Assembly (NCBI GenBank): GCA_965206595.1
Contig: OZ242214.1
Coordinates: 320,001-384,000 of the forward strand
Reading direction: 5' to 3'
Length of the DNA stretch: 64,000 nucleotides
DNA from: Candidatus Latescibacterota bacterium
GTDB lineage: Bacteria > Latescibacterota > UBA2968 > UBA8231
The notes beneath the pieces are model-generated. The model had not been told where the DNA came from. It searched no databases and worked only from the letters and a program-made list of their open reading frames with translations. The position numbers and the translations under genes were made by a program. Numbering within the stretch: the stretch's first letter is position 1; each line of letters opens with the position of its first letter. Shown in pieces: positions 39,340 to 50,047 of the stretch.

Positions 39340-41328
39340 TCAGTACGCCAGGGACACGAGCCGCTCGACGCTGAACTCGCCGTCATCGGCGTCGACCTTC
39401 AGACGGAGGAGGTAGATGCCGGGGGGCAGAAGCTCGCCGCGGCCGTCGCGGCCGTCCCACCCGGCCCGGTGGGGCCCGCTGGTGAGCGGCGCGAGCGGCA
39501 GATCGGCAACCAACCCTCCGGTCAGGTCGTAGACCAGGATGCTGGCCGGTACCGCGGCCGAGAGGTTGACGAGATCGAATTCCAGATCGAGGAGATCGTT
39601 GACCCCGTCGGCGTTGGGAGTGAAGACGGGGGAGGAGAGGTGGAGATCTTCGAGGGTCCTCGCGGCGACGTTCGAGAGCTCGACGCTGAGCGCGTTGTTG
39701 TCGGTGCGGAAGTCGGCGTCCCCGGCCGCGAGCAGATGGGGCACCTCCCAGGGTTTCTCGCTGTCGAAGACGCGGCCGTGGAACTCGGTCCCGAAACTGT
39801 AGATCCGGGCGTCGAACAGGACCTCGACGAGGTCCCCGGTATTGCGGTCGTCCATGCGCGGGATCCGCACCGTGAAGTCGTTCGGCCCGATCTCCTGCCC
39901 CCACTCCGAGGGGTCGAGCTGCCGTCCTTCGACCGCCACCGAGACGACGCTGTCGACGAGCGCCGGGGTTTCGATGCGGATGCTGTCGAATCCCAGGTCT
40001 CCCACAGAAATTTCGGTGGAGAACACGAAGCTGAAACGGGACCTTTCGCGGGCAGGCACCGCCCCGGGGCCGATTTCGGCGATGCCGCCGGTGACTATGG
40101 GGGGCTGCGACACGGAGAACTCGAAGAAGTCGAGGCGGCCCCCGGACCGGAAGTCGGCGCTGAGCTGGACATAGCGGCGCGGCCGCCGCTGCGGGAGGAT
40201 CTCCTCCCCGCGGGCGAACTCGAGAACGGAGCTCCAGTGCGACCAGTTGTCGAGGTCGGGGGCGATGCCCGCCTGTTCCCCCGCCTCGAGGCCGAAGTAC
40301 TCGGAGCGGACCAGGGGTCGGCCCTCGGCGTTCAGCCGGCTTCGCTCCCGGCCCCGGAAGGTGTTGCGGAAATAGAGGTTGGGATCGGTGGTGTCGCCGG
40401 CGCGCACCCTGATGTCCACGTTCGCACCGGGGTGGAGTGCCCCCGACCAGGTCACCGGACCGAGGGTTCCCGGCTCGCCGAAGTCGATGAGGTTGGTGGT
40501 GTAGTTGGCGGCGTTGGCGAAGCCGTCGAAGAGCAGCTCGAACTCGGCGATCTCCCAGTTTCCGATGGGGGCGATGAATACGACCTCCTTCACCGGCTCG
40601 TCGTCGAAATCGAACTCGAGCAGGGGTTCGTTGTTCTCCGCCACCTCGGACACGAGGTCGAAAGAGCCGACTATGAAGACCGCGGAGTCGGAGTGATTGC
40701 CGAAGGTCCGGTCCTGCCTGCCGAACTTCAGCGGGTCGCCGTCGCTGATCCCGAGAGTGTAGGTGGGGATGAAGCGGTTTTCCTCGTTGCCGGGGATCGG
40801 GTAGATCCGGATCCGCTGCAGCGGGTAGGCGCCGGGAAGAATCATGTGGATGTATTTGCAGTAGTTCGGCCGGCTGACGCAGAAAGGGGAGCCTGCCGAC
40901 GCGAGGTTGCGCTCCGCCTCCCAGGGCGGAACGCCGCCGTTGAACGCCGTCTGCGGATCCCCGTCGAGCAGCTTGATCAACTCGTCGTCGGTTCCCCATC
41001 CTTCGCGGCCGGGGTGCCGGACCTGGATGCGGCCGCCCCGGTCGACTATCTCCGGGGTGAGGTTGGCGAGCGCCACCTGGTCGGCGCGGACGGAGTCGGG
41101 CTGAATGACCACGAGATGGGCGCTCCCGAACGGGGCGCCGTGTGCATCGCTCCATGGCAGCTGCACGAACCGTATCGACCCGGCCGGGGCGAGACCGCCG
41201 GCATCGGGGGCGGGCAGGCTTTCGCCGCCGATGCGATAGATCGTCAGTCCGCCGCTCGGGACCGGGGCGCCCTGGCAGGCCCCCAGGGCACAGACGAGGA
41301 TGCATTTTCGCAGGAACCGGCTACTCAC
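39340..41328 (-). CDS. Secreted discoidin-like protein with FlgD-Ig tail, paralog of 10236..12512
   Basis: GGAGGA RBS before GTG 41328; LGAC possible lipobox; WEIAEFEL, RRYVQL, GFDSIRIETP, VFTPNADGVND, WDGRDGRGELLPPGIY. Confidence 0.8.
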   Translation of the reverse strand: MSSRFLRKCILVCALGACQGAPVPSGGLTIYRIGGESLPAPDAGGLAPAGSIRFVQLPWSDAHGAPFGSAHLVVIQPDSVRADQVALANLTPEIVDRGGRIQVRHPGREGWGTDDELIKLLDGDPQTAFNGGVPPWEAERNLASAGSPFCVSRPNYCKYIHMILPGAYPLQRIRIYPIPGNEENRFIPTYTLGISDGDPLKFGRQDRTFGNHSDSAVFIVGSFDLVSEVAENNEPLLEFDFDDEPVKEVVFIAPIGNWEIAEFELLFDGFANAANYTTNLIDFGEPGTLGPVTWSGALHPGANVDIRVRAGDTTDPNLYFRNTFRGRERSRLNAEGRPLVRSEYFGLEAGEQAGIAPDLDNWSHWSSVLEFARGEEILPQRRPRRYVQLSADFRSGGRLDFFEFSVSQPPIVTGGIAEIGPGAVPARERSRFSFVFSTEISVGDLGFDSIRIETPALVDSVVSVAVEGRQLDPSEWGQEIGPNDFTVRIPRMDDRNTGDLVEVLFDARIYSFGTEFHGRVFDSEKPWEVPHLLAAGDADFRTDNNALSVELSNVAARTLEDLHLSSPVFTPNADGVNDLLDLEFDLVNLSAAVPASILVYDLTGGLVADLPLAPLTSGPHRAGWDGRDGRGELLPPGIYLLRLKVDADDGEFSVERLVSLAY

Positions 41329-41531
41329 GGGCGATCCTCCATACAGCCGCTTGCAGACAGCGTTTCGTAAGTATGTCGGCGATAGCCTTCCCACGCAATC
41401 GGCAGGTGTTTCGCCGGCGCGCGGCCCTTTCTCCCGCTCCGTGTTCCGGTCCGCAGTGCGCGGAAATGCGGCCGCCGGAAAGGGGGCGCTTTCGTCCATT
41501 GCGGTCGAGGCGATCGAAGGGAATACCTTCA

Positions 41532-41996
41532 TCACTGGTCGAAGCTGATCTCGCCCCTGGAGGCGTTCCGGAAGTACTCCTCGACTTTTTCCCGCGAGCG
41601 CGGATAGTCGCGGCTGATCTCCTGGACGATGGGCCGGATTTCCTCCGCGTCGGCCCCCATGTCGAGAAGCAGGCGGGCGTACACGAACAGGAGGGCCTCG
41701 CTGCGCCGGTTGGCCTCGAGCGCCTTTTCGAGATGCCGTCGGGCCTCGTGCAGCCTGCCCTGGTCGGCCAGGGCCTTGCCCATCATGAGATTCGGCCCGG
41801 CCCCTTCGGGGTAGAGCTCGAGCAGCACCTGGGACAGTTGCTGCAGCGATTGTCCGTAGAGCTGGGGATTGCCCTTGGCGTCGTCGCGGGATGCGAGGTG
41901 TCCGAAGGTGCGGGACTGGTGCTTCTCGAACAGCCCGATGCCCGCGCCCAGAACGGCGAGATAGAGCAGAAAGCGGAGGGACTTGAGGTAACGCAC
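41532..41996 (-). CDS. Small membrane-anchored TPR protein
   Basis: GTG start 5 nt after the upstream stop; N-terminal TM; TPR-like helices. Confidence 0.65.
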   Translation of the reverse strand: MRYLKSLRFLLYLAVLGAGIGLFEKHQSRTFGHLASRDDAKGNPQLYGQSLQQLSQVLLELYPEGAGPNLMMGKALADQGRLHEARRHLEKALEANRRSEALLFVYARLLLDMGADAEEIRPIVQEISRDYPRSREKVEEYFRNASRGEISFDQ

Positions 41997-42001
41997 GGGA
42001 C

Positions 42002-43060
42002 CTACAGCCCCTCCTGGACTTCTTTCTTGCGGACCTTCCAGATGAAGGAGTCGTAGTAGTAGTGAAGCAGGGAAAACGAGGCGATCAGGGAATAGCTGAA
42101 CAGGTCGTAGTTGGTGTTGTAGCCGATGACCCCGAACCCGAAATCGCGCGCGTACCCCTCCGACAGGGCGTGGTAGACGAGGGCGTAGGCGGCGCACAAC
42201 AGCAGGAATGCCTTGAGATTCCCCGGCCTGCCGAGGTAGGCGAGCAGGGCGGACTCCCCTCCCATGCGCTCGAGCTTGTTCCTCAGGTAGAAGTAGACCA
42301 TGACGATGTACTGCATGCCGTGCATGACGCGGTGGGCGAAGGCGAACACGAGCAGGTAGGTCGTCGAGAAGCTGGCGTAGTACCACAGGAAGTAGCTGGA
42401 GAAGAGAAACAGGTACTTGAGGGGATTGAGGGTGTATCCCCGTCGCAGGCACCAGAGGACGTGCCCGGCGTAGACGACGAGGAAGAGGATCGTCGCCGTC
42501 CACGACACGGCGTGGATGGTCCGCACCGTTTCGGCGCTGACCGGGATGTGCATCTCGTGGACCATGCGCACCCAGATCACCGAGAACAGCGGCGATACCA
42601 CGAGCATGTTGACAAACAGGATCCAGTTGAAAAGCAGGTCGAACCTGGCGGTGACCGCCGCCCCCGCCCTGGCCTTGAAGTCGTAGATCCTCGCGAACCC
42701 GTACTGCTGCATCAGGCTGTGCTGGTGGTCCCAGAGGCTGACGATGAGGACCAGGGTCAGCGGGGCGTAGCGGATCGCGACGTACGCCATCAGAACCATG
42801 AGGAACGGCCCGATGACGAAGCGCTCCCGCCAGCGGTTGAAATCGGCCGGCGAGGCGTACACCCGCAGCCAGGTGGCGAAGTGGTGGGGGACGGTAACCC
42901 ACAGGGCGACCGCGGCCACCGACTCCCCGGGCAGGTGCTCCTGCATTGCGAACGCCGCGGCCAGGGCTGCGAACGGCAATGCCAGGAACCAGATGAAGTC
43001 GGTTCGGCGGTCGACGATGTAAGCGCTGTCGAAGCGGGCGGCGGGGCTGCTCATTTCCAT
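42002..43060 (-). CDS. Polytopic membrane protein with His motifs, function unknown
   Basis: GGAGG RBS; ~8-9 TM; PHHFAT, HQHSLMQQYG, HGMQY, LHYYYD. Confidence 0.8.
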   Translation of the reverse strand: MEMSSPAARFDSAYIVDRRTDFIWFLALPFAALAAAFAMQEHLPGESVAAVALWVTVPHHFATWLRVYASPADFNRWRERFVIGPFLMVLMAYVAIRYAPLTLVLIVSLWDHQHSLMQQYGFARIYDFKARAGAAVTARFDLLFNWILFVNMLVVSPLFSVIWVRMVHEMHIPVSAETVRTIHAVSWTATILFLVVYAGHVLWCLRRGYTLNPLKYLFLFSSYFLWYYASFSTTYLLVFAFAHRVMHGMQYIVMVYFYLRNKLERMGGESALLAYLGRPGNLKAFLLLCAAYALVYHALSEGYARDFGFGVIGYNTNYDLFSYSLIASFSLLHYYYDSFIWKVRKKEVQEGL

Positions 43061-43130
43061 TCCTTACACCCTCCTCCAGGACCTAAATTCCTAAATCGAG
43101 AGGTGCCCTGCAATTGAGAGGTGTCCTGTT

Positions 43131-44492
43131 ATGTCGCTCTCCCTTCCGTTCTTCGCCGCCCTGCTCGCTGCCGGATGCGGCCAGGCCGGCCCGCCGGATC
43201 CACCGCCGCCGGTCATCCTCGCCCGCGTCGACACCGTCGCGATCACCGGCGCCGACTTCGAGAAGGCCATGGCAAGGATCGACGTTTCCCGCGACGACAA
43301 CACCCTGGAGCAATGGCGCCGCCGCCTGCAGCTCCTCATCGACCGGCAGCTGCTGGTGATGGAGGCTCGCAAGCGGGGTTTCCACGACGATCCGCGCGTG
43401 CTTGGCGAGGTGGCCCAGTGGCGGCGCTCCCGGCTGTTGAAGGGCCTGGTCGACCGCGAGGCCGGCACCCGGCTCGCCGAAGAGGAGGAGGTCCGCGATT
43501 TCTTCCTCCTTTCCGGGGCCGGCCGCGAGGTGCAGGTCGGCCGCCTGGCGATCTCCGGGCGCGCCCGCGCCGAGGAGGCTCTCGACCTCGCCCGCAAGGG
43601 GGGCGTCGGCTTCGAGGAGCTGCAGGCCAGGTATGGAAACCCCGGCCCGGAAGATGGCGGCGGGCACCTGCGCTGGCTGAGCCCCCTGTCCGTGAGCGAG
43701 CCCCTTCTGCGGTCACTGCTTCTTTCGGGGCCGGGATCCGCCGAGCTCATCCGCGGAGAGAAGGGATACACCCTGATGGTGGCGGTTGCCGAGCGCACGG
43801 CGACGTTCGAGGAACGCCGCGAGCAGACGGAGCGGGCCCTGGCCCATCGCCTTCGCGTCGAAGCCTGCCGCGGCCTCGTCTCCCGGCTCGCCGACAAGTA
43901 CGGCGCCTCGATGGACGGACCGGTCGCAGCGGCCCTGGGCAGGGGCTCGAATCCCGGCCCGCAGGAAGTCCTGGTGCGCAGCTCTCTCCCCGACTGGACC
44001 TTGGGGAAGTACGCCAAGGTCTCCGCATCCCTGGCGCCGCGGGACCGCGGCCTGCTGGGCCGGGACAGCTCCCGGAAACAGCGCGTCCTGTTCGCCTTTG
44101 CGATCGATCTGCTGGTAGAGCCGGAAGCCGCGGAGGCCGGGCTCGAACCGGTTTCGGCCGCGCAGGAGCGGATGGAGCTCGACCGCCGGGCGATCGAGGC
44201 GCTGTGGGCGGAGGAGGCCCTCGATCGCATTGCGGTTACGGATGCGGAGATACGGGAGTATTTCGCCAGGCACCGCGACCGTTACCCGCCGGACTTCGCT
44301 CCCTCCGGGGGTGCGGCGGCGATCTGGGACCGGGTCGCCCGCGAGCTCAGGGAAGAGCGGGCGCAGCCGCTGTTCTCCGTCTACGTCGCCGGCTTGCGCA
44401 GCCGTTACGAATCCCTCGTGGAGGTGTACGAGGAACCCTTCTTCTCACTGGTGTCCGGCCTCAGGAGAGAAAGGGCGCCCGTTCCGTTCTGA
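43131..44492 (+). CDS. PrsA/SurA-like lipoprotein with degenerate parvulin domain
   Basis: LAAGC lipobox; LIDRQLLVMEA; GFEELQARY...GGHL; similar in layout to 18446..20083. Confidence 0.7.
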   Translation: MSLSLPFFAALLAAGCGQAGPPDPPPPVILARVDTVAITGADFEKAMARIDVSRDDNTLEQWRRRLQLLIDRQLLVMEARKRGFHDDPRVLGEVAQWRRSRLLKGLVDREAGTRLAEEEEVRDFFLLSGAGREVQVGRLAISGRARAEEALDLARKGGVGFEELQARYGNPGPEDGGGHLRWLSPLSVSEPLLRSLLLSGPGSAELIRGEKGYTLMVAVAERTATFEERREQTERALAHRLRVEACRGLVSRLADKYGASMDGPVAAALGRGSNPGPQEVLVRSSLPDWTLGKYAKVSASLAPRDRGLLGRDSSRKQRVLFAFAIDLLVEPEAAEAGLEPVSAAQERMELDRRAIEALWAEEALDRIAVTDAEIREYFARHRDRYPPDFAPSGGAAAIWDRVARELREERAQPLFSVYVAGLRSRYESLVEVYEEPFFSLVSGLRRERAPVPF

Positions 44493-44646
44493 CGGAGCTT
44501 GACTGGGTTGACGGCCTGAAAGAGGGGACCGCTGCCGATTGCTGCGGATAGCCGCCCCTTCAGCACTTTCAGGGAAACCACTGCACCCTTACCGGGCAAC
44601 GGCGGTTCCCCTTATCTTCGCCTTTTTCCCGATGACTCCGATTTTC

Positions 44647-46209
44647 ATGAATGCAATCGCTGCCCTGACCGTCGCTCTCGCACTGCTTTCCGGATGCCAA
44701 CGCCAGGCCGAGCTCGACGGCGTCGAGAAAGGTTCCGGTTCCGGGGAAAGGCCTGCTGCCCCTGCCGGCGACGCCGTCGCCCTGCGCAGCAGCCTGATGT
44801 CGGCACCGCTCTCGGTACCGCGGATCTACGTAGGCGAGGGAGCTGCCGAGCCGGACCTGCCGCCGGGAGGAGTCCTGCGGCTCCGGGCCCTGGCCAGAGC
44901 GGACTCGAGCGACCAGGCCTCCCGCTACTGGCTGGCCGAGGCCCTGCGCCGCGACCGCGACTACCGCGGCGCCGAGGAGCATTTCAGGCAGGCGATCCGC
45001 CTCGGTCCGGGGCAAACCGATTCCTACGTCGGCCTGGCGCGGGTGCTCAAGGCGGTGGGGCGGTACGCGGAGGCCGCGGCCGTACTGGACGATGCCGCGG
45101 GAGCAGCATCCCCAACGGCGGGGCTGCATTTCCTCCGCGGCCTGCTCGCCGCCCGCCGGGAGCGCTGGGAGCAGGCCGCCGCGGCCTTCCGCCGGGCCGC
45201 GGAGATCGACCCGTCCAGCGACCGGGTGCACTTCGAGCTCGCCGGGATCCACCTGCGCCGGGGCGCGGATTCCCTGGCGGTGGCAGCCTTGCGGCGGGGG
45301 CTCGACCATATCCCCGACAGCATGGGGCTAAGGCTGCGCCTCGTCGAGCTGCTGAGCGAGGCCGGCGACTACGAGGGGGCTCTCGAGCAGGTGGCCCTGG
45401 TCGCCGAGGCGAATCCCGCCCTCACCCCGGCGCACGTCGCCAGGGCCAGGTTGCACCGCCGGCGCGGCGACCTGGCCTCGGCCCGTGCGGCGGTAGACGC
45501 CGGCATGGAGATCGACTCCCTGAAGATCGATCTCGCCGCGGAGCGGGGCATTCTTCTCGTCGAAGAGGGGCGCGAGGCCGAGGCGGTTCCCTACCTGGAA
45601 AAGGCGGTCTCCGGCGACCCCGACCTGCTCGAAGCCTGTTCAGCCCTGGGGGAGGCGTACGAACGCACCGGGGCGGAGGACAAGGCCCGGCTGATGGCGG
45701 AATACGTCGAGCACCTGCGCGATCACCAGGAGGAGATCCGCCGGCTCAAAACCGCCATAGCCCTCGATCAGACAGACGGGGCCGCCTTCCTGGCGCTCGG
45801 CAATCTCTACTCCCACCTGGTGCGGCCGCTGGCGGCGGCGCAGGCGCTCGAGGTCGGTCTGCAGATCCTTCCCGACGACGTCGAGGCGCTGGAAAACCTC
45901 GCCCTCGTGTCCATCGGCATGCGGCGGCTCCCGCGCGCCATCGAGACGTACGAGCGCCTCCTGGCCCTCGACTCGACGCTGGTTTCCGCCCACGCCAACC
46001 TCGGCAGCGCCCTCGCCATCTCCGGGGAGCCGGAGCGTGCAGCCGCCTCGTTCGAGCGCGCCCTGGTCCTCGAACCCGGGTTCGCCCCGGCACACATGGG
46101 CTTGGCCCGGGTGTACGGGCAGCTGGGGCGGGCCGAAGAAGCCGCCGCGGCCATGGCGGAGTTCAAACGGCTGCGTCCATCGCAGGCGGCCTCCTCGGGC
46201 GACCACTGA
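44647..46209 (+). CDS. TPR lipoprotein
   Basis: LLSGC lipobox after MNAIAAL; >10 TPR units. Confidence 0.8.
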   Translation: MNAIAALTVALALLSGCQRQAELDGVEKGSGSGERPAAPAGDAVALRSSLMSAPLSVPRIYVGEGAAEPDLPPGGVLRLRALARADSSDQASRYWLAEALRRDRDYRGAEEHFRQAIRLGPGQTDSYVGLARVLKAVGRYAEAAAVLDDAAGAASPTAGLHFLRGLLAARRERWEQAAAAFRRAAEIDPSSDRVHFELAGIHLRRGADSLAVAALRRGLDHIPDSMGLRLRLVELLSEAGDYEGALEQVALVAEANPALTPAHVARARLHRRRGDLASARAAVDAGMEIDSLKIDLAAERGILLVEEGREAEAVPYLEKAVSGDPDLLEACSALGEAYERTGAEDKARLMAEYVEHLRDHQEEIRRLKTAIALDQTDGAAFLALGNLYSHLVRPLAAAQALEVGLQILPDDVEALENLALVSIGMRRLPRAIETYERLLALDSTLVSAHANLGSALAISGEPERAAASFERALVLEPGFAPAHMGLARVYGQLGRAEEAAAAMAEFKRLRPSQAASSGDH

Positions 46210-46358
46210 GCATCAACCCGCAAAAAAGGATTTCTCCGGGAGCCCCCGCTCGTAGAGCCAACCAATCGGCCTTCGACGGGAATTTCTCCCGAGTGCCTGG
46301 GCGTGCAGGCAAGCGGCCGGATTCAACGCGGAATTGCGCGCAGGCACCAGCGTCCCCC

Positions 46359-48287
46359 TTACATCTGGGTGATCAGGGTGCCCCGCTCCCCCGATATCCA
46401 GAAGACGATCCACCAGAACCCGGCGGCGCTCGCCTCGCCGACGATCATGCCGAGGAAGAAGTTTTTGAGGTCCTGAAAGGTCCGGCCCCCCCAGACCTTG
46501 AGAACGACCGCCTTCAGCAGCCAGGCGACGAAGGCGGAGAACCACAGCATTCCTGTCAGGAAGCCGGTGCCGATGGCGAAGCCGATCGGATGCAGCGGCC
46601 ACCAGAACCATCGATGCTGCGCCCACACGAGGAAGAACTGCGACACGCCGCCGACCGCGGTGAAGAACCAGCCGCGCATGTACGCGCCCGGCATCTCGTT
46701 CATGACCGGGGGCAGCAGCTGCCAGCCGTGGACGCCGACCCAGTTGATGTTGAAGAGGTTCAGGGCCCCGTGCTCGTGCGTCATCGTCATGATCATCCAG
46801 GTGCCGGAGAGAAACGTCGCCGCCAGGGAGATCATCAGCCCCCAGAACAGCCGGCCCTTGGGTCCGCGGATGCGCTCGGCCAGCCTCAGGGCGTTGGAAC
46901 AGGCGATCATCGGGGACTGGCGCATCTCTCCCTGCCAGACCATGGTGAAGTTGAGCGCCACGATTCCCCTGGCGCCGAGAATGCCGGTGCCGAACCCGGA
47001 GATGACGAAGAACTCCGGCACCAGGGGACCCCGCGCCGAGGCGACCCCGGCGCCGGTCACGACCCGCGTGATGAAGACGTACCAGCACAGTCCGACGAAC
47101 AGGACGATCGGGATGATCACGGCCGGAACCCCGGTGCGCCAGAGCCACAGGGCGAAGAAGACCATCCCCGCGGCGAAGCCGGCGACCGCGGTGCGGTAGC
47201 TCATCAGCTCATCCGCATCGGCCGGGTCGCGGGCCCCGGACCAGGCCTTGAGCGCCGCCTCCTTGAGGTGGCCGCGCGCACTCCAGACGACGAGGAGCAC
47301 GAAGACGATCGCCGCCCCGGTCGCCTGGTGGGTGATGTCGGTCTCGTGCCCTCCCCCCTCGTAGGCGCTCAGCACCTCGCTGCCGGCGATCCCGAGGGTG
47401 GTGAAGACCGCCTTCTCGATTTTGAAGAGGACGAAGAAGAACCAGATGCTGAAGGTGATGTCGAGGTTGACGAGGAAGAAGAAACCGACCCAGGCGAAGC
47501 TGAAGACGATCGGCAGGTTCACGGTGGGGCCGGCCAGCGGTATGTGCCCGTGGTGAAAGGGGAAGGCCGGAATCACCGGATGGAAATGGTGCAGCCCGGC
47601 GAGGCTGAACAGGCAGAAGGGGATGGAGAACCCGATCCACATCGTCCGATCCCTGAAGAAGGGGGCGATCAGCCCGCGGCCGTCCTCCTCGATCATCCGC
47701 TCGGGCAGCTGCATCATCGGGTAGGTCAGGCGCTCGTGGGACGACCACTGGCGATGGAAGATCGCGCTCAGGCAGATCAGCATGAAGCCGATGACGAGAA
47801 AGAAGAGGAACCAGTTCGCAAGCGGCTCGAGCCAGGCGTCCCACTGCAGCGGCATCCCCTCCGGGAGCCCCTCGTAGTAATGCTTGATCGCCGTCAGGTC
47901 GTTGGGGGCGATCCACTCCGGGATCCAGTCGAGGTACATCTCGCCGAAGCGGTTTTCCGGGGTGGCGTGGTAGAAGGGCCATACCATGGTGCCGAACAGG
48001 AAGAAGAGGAATCCCCAGGTCGGCACGGTCAGCGACATCAGCATCATCGCGTACACGAGGACGAGATCCGCCCTCGAAAGGGCGAGGGGCCGCGCCGCCA
48101 GGCGCAGAATGCTGTTGACGAACAGGGTGACGAGGAGGAACAGGAAGATGGCCGCGGGAGAAGAGGGGTTGAACCCGATCTCCGCGTAGGCGTGCATCAT
48201 GCCGTAGGTGCCGACGAGGCCGATGAAGACCGACAGTGATGTGCCGACCAGCAGGCCCTTGAGGCTGAACGGCGACCCGGTTTGCAT
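46359..48287 (-). CDS. Large polytopic membrane protein, DUF6785/DUF6784-like putative transporter
   Basis: QWSSHERLTYP, WWPLHPIG, FFLGMIVGE; many TM segments. Confidence 0.7.
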   Translation of the reverse strand: MQTGSPFSLKGLLVGTSLSVFIGLVGTYGMMHAYAEIGFNPSSPAAIFLFLLVTLFVNSILRLAARPLALSRADLVLVYAMMLMSLTVPTWGFLFFLFGTMVWPFYHATPENRFGEMYLDWIPEWIAPNDLTAIKHYYEGLPEGMPLQWDAWLEPLANWFLFFLVIGFMLICLSAIFHRQWSSHERLTYPMMQLPERMIEEDGRGLIAPFFRDRTMWIGFSIPFCLFSLAGLHHFHPVIPAFPFHHGHIPLAGPTVNLPIVFSFAWVGFFFLVNLDITFSIWFFFVLFKIEKAVFTTLGIAGSEVLSAYEGGGHETDITHQATGAAIVFVLLVVWSARGHLKEAALKAWSGARDPADADELMSYRTAVAGFAAGMVFFALWLWRTGVPAVIIPIVLFVGLCWYVFITRVVTGAGVASARGPLVPEFFVISGFGTGILGARGIVALNFTMVWQGEMRQSPMIACSNALRLAERIRGPKGRLFWGLMISLAATFLSGTWMIMTMTHEHGALNLFNINWVGVHGWQLLPPVMNEMPGAYMRGWFFTAVGGVSQFFLVWAQHRWFWWPLHPIGFAIGTGFLTGMLWFSAFVAWLLKAVVLKVWGGRTFQDLKNFFLGMIVGEASAAGFWWIVFWISGERGTLITQM

Positions 48288-48380
48288 CGCGAGAGGGTTC
48301 CTCTATAATTGCGCCGCGTTCACTGATGGGCCCCGAAGCGGGCTCTTCGGCGTCCGGCGAAGAGGGGATGGAATGTAGCC

Positions 48381-48893
48381 ATGGTCGAGGTGCTGATCAT
48401 CTACCACACGTACGGAGACGGCCCCGTCGGGCGCCTCGCCGAGGGGATTCGGGCCGGCGCCGCCGAGGTCGAGGGCGCCGCGGTTACGGTCAAGCCGGTC
48501 TCCGAGGTGAGCGACGAAGACCTCGTCAGGGCGGGCGGCATCGCCATCGGCTCGCCGAAGATGCCGGGGCACACGGTCTCTCCCGAGATTGGCGCACTGA
48601 TCGGCAGAATGTCCGAAATCCGCGAGCAGCTCCATTACAAGGTCGGCGCCGCCTTTTCCGGATCCCACGGCTCCTTCGGGGGCCAGGAGCCCGTCATCGA
48701 GGTGATCCTGCGCTCACTCCTGCTCTACAACATGGCGGTGATCGGACAGGGCACCCCGGAAGCCGGCGGTTCCGACTTCGTCGGCGGCGTCATCGTCGAA
48801 CAGCTGGACGAGGATACCGCGGCCTGGGCTGCCCGGCTCGGCCGCCGTCTGGCGGAGATGTCCGTGCTCGCAGCCAGGGGCCGATCCGCCTGA
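48381..48893 (+). CDS. Flavodoxin-like / WrbA-family protein
   Basis: IIYHT, IAIGSP, KVGAAF, GGQE. Confidence 0.8.
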   Translation: MVEVLIIYHTYGDGPVGRLAEGIRAGAAEVEGAAVTVKPVSEVSDEDLVRAGGIAIGSPKMPGHTVSPEIGALIGRMSEIREQLHYKVGAAFSGSHGSFGGQEPVIEVILRSLLLYNMAVIGQGTPEAGGSDFVGGVIVEQLDEDTAAWAARLGRRLAEMSVLAARGRSA

Positions 48894-48918
48894 TGCGGAG
48901 AAACTGAGGAGGAACTCC

Positions 48919-49977
48919 ATGCCTGTCTGTCTCGGGGCGTACGCCCGGTTCGAGCCTGTGATGAAAGACAAGACCCTCCTGCGGTCGCTCGCCCAGTTCG
49001 GCGTCGACAAGGTCATCGTCGGCTGCATCGACCCCAGTCTCAATCCCGGCGGCAAGACCGGGGGAAGCAAGCCGGGCCTGCGCTGGGACTACCTGAGGCT
49101 GGTGAACCTCGTCAACGAGATCCGCGACCTCGGCATGGAGCTGGGCACCCTCGAGCTGGCCGGCCAGGCCGAAGCATCGGCCATGGAGCACATCTGGCTC
49201 GGCGGGGAGCTGCGCGACCGGCAGATCGACAATCTCGCCCACAACATCCGGCTGGCGGGAAAGGCGGGGGTCACCCTGATGGCCTACCACTGGATGGTCA
49301 ACCCCCCGACGATGGTCAGCGCCTCCTGGCGCCATTCGTACGAAGTCCGGGGCCGCGGGGGCGCGCTGCTGTCCCGGATCGACATGGACAGGCTGGAGCC
49401 GCTGCCCCTGTTCCGGGGCCGCGAGTACAGCCGCGAGGAGATGTGGGACAACTACGAGTACTTCGCCCGCAGGATCGTGCCGGTATGCGAAGAGGCGGGG
49501 GTGAGGATGGCCGTGCACCCGGACGACCCGCCGGTGGCGAGCATGGGAGGGGTGCCGAGGCTGTTCCACGACCTCGAGGGACACCTGCGCGCACTGGAGA
49601 TCGGCGGCAGCGAGATGTGGGGGGTCAACATGTGCCTGGGAAACTGGCAGGCTATGGGGATCGACCTCGATCACGCGATCCGCTCCCTGGGGGGAGAGAG
49701 GATCTTCATGGGCCACGTGCAGGCCGTCAACGGCACCGTCCCGAGTTTCGGGGAGACCTTCCTCGACCTCGGCGACTGCGATCTCCTCGCCGTCATCCGC
49801 TCCCTCAACAGGGCCGGCTCCGGCGCCCACCTCGCTCCGGCGCACTGGCCCCGGGTCGACGGGGACGGAGAGTTCCGTCAGACCAACGCCTTCGACCTGG
49901 GGTACATGCGCGCGCTGATAAAGACCGCGGCAAGAGAGCCGCAGGCCCCGGAACCGGACCCGCCGGCATCCGGTTGA
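48919..49977 (+). CDS. Mannonate dehydratase (UxuA)-like TIM-barrel protein
   Basis: GAGGAGG RBS; EEMWDNYEYF, PVCEEAGVRMAVHPDDPP, ETFLDLGD, GYMRAL. Confidence 0.8.
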   Translation: MPVCLGAYARFEPVMKDKTLLRSLAQFGVDKVIVGCIDPSLNPGGKTGGSKPGLRWDYLRLVNLVNEIRDLGMELGTLELAGQAEASAMEHIWLGGELRDRQIDNLAHNIRLAGKAGVTLMAYHWMVNPPTMVSASWRHSYEVRGRGGALLSRIDMDRLEPLPLFRGREYSREEMWDNYEYFARRIVPVCEEAGVRMAVHPDDPPVASMGGVPRLFHDLEGHLRALEIGGSEMWGVNMCLGNWQAMGIDLDHAIRSLGGERIFMGHVQAVNGTVPSFGETFLDLGDCDLLAVIRSLNRAGSGAHLAPAHWPRVDGDGEFRQTNAFDLGYMRALIKTAAREPQAPEPDPPASG

Positions 49978-50047
49978 CGACCCGTACGGGTGACCTGGGC
50001 CGGGAATCGACGAGCACCCGTTCAGTTGCAAAAGGGGGATAACCGGA

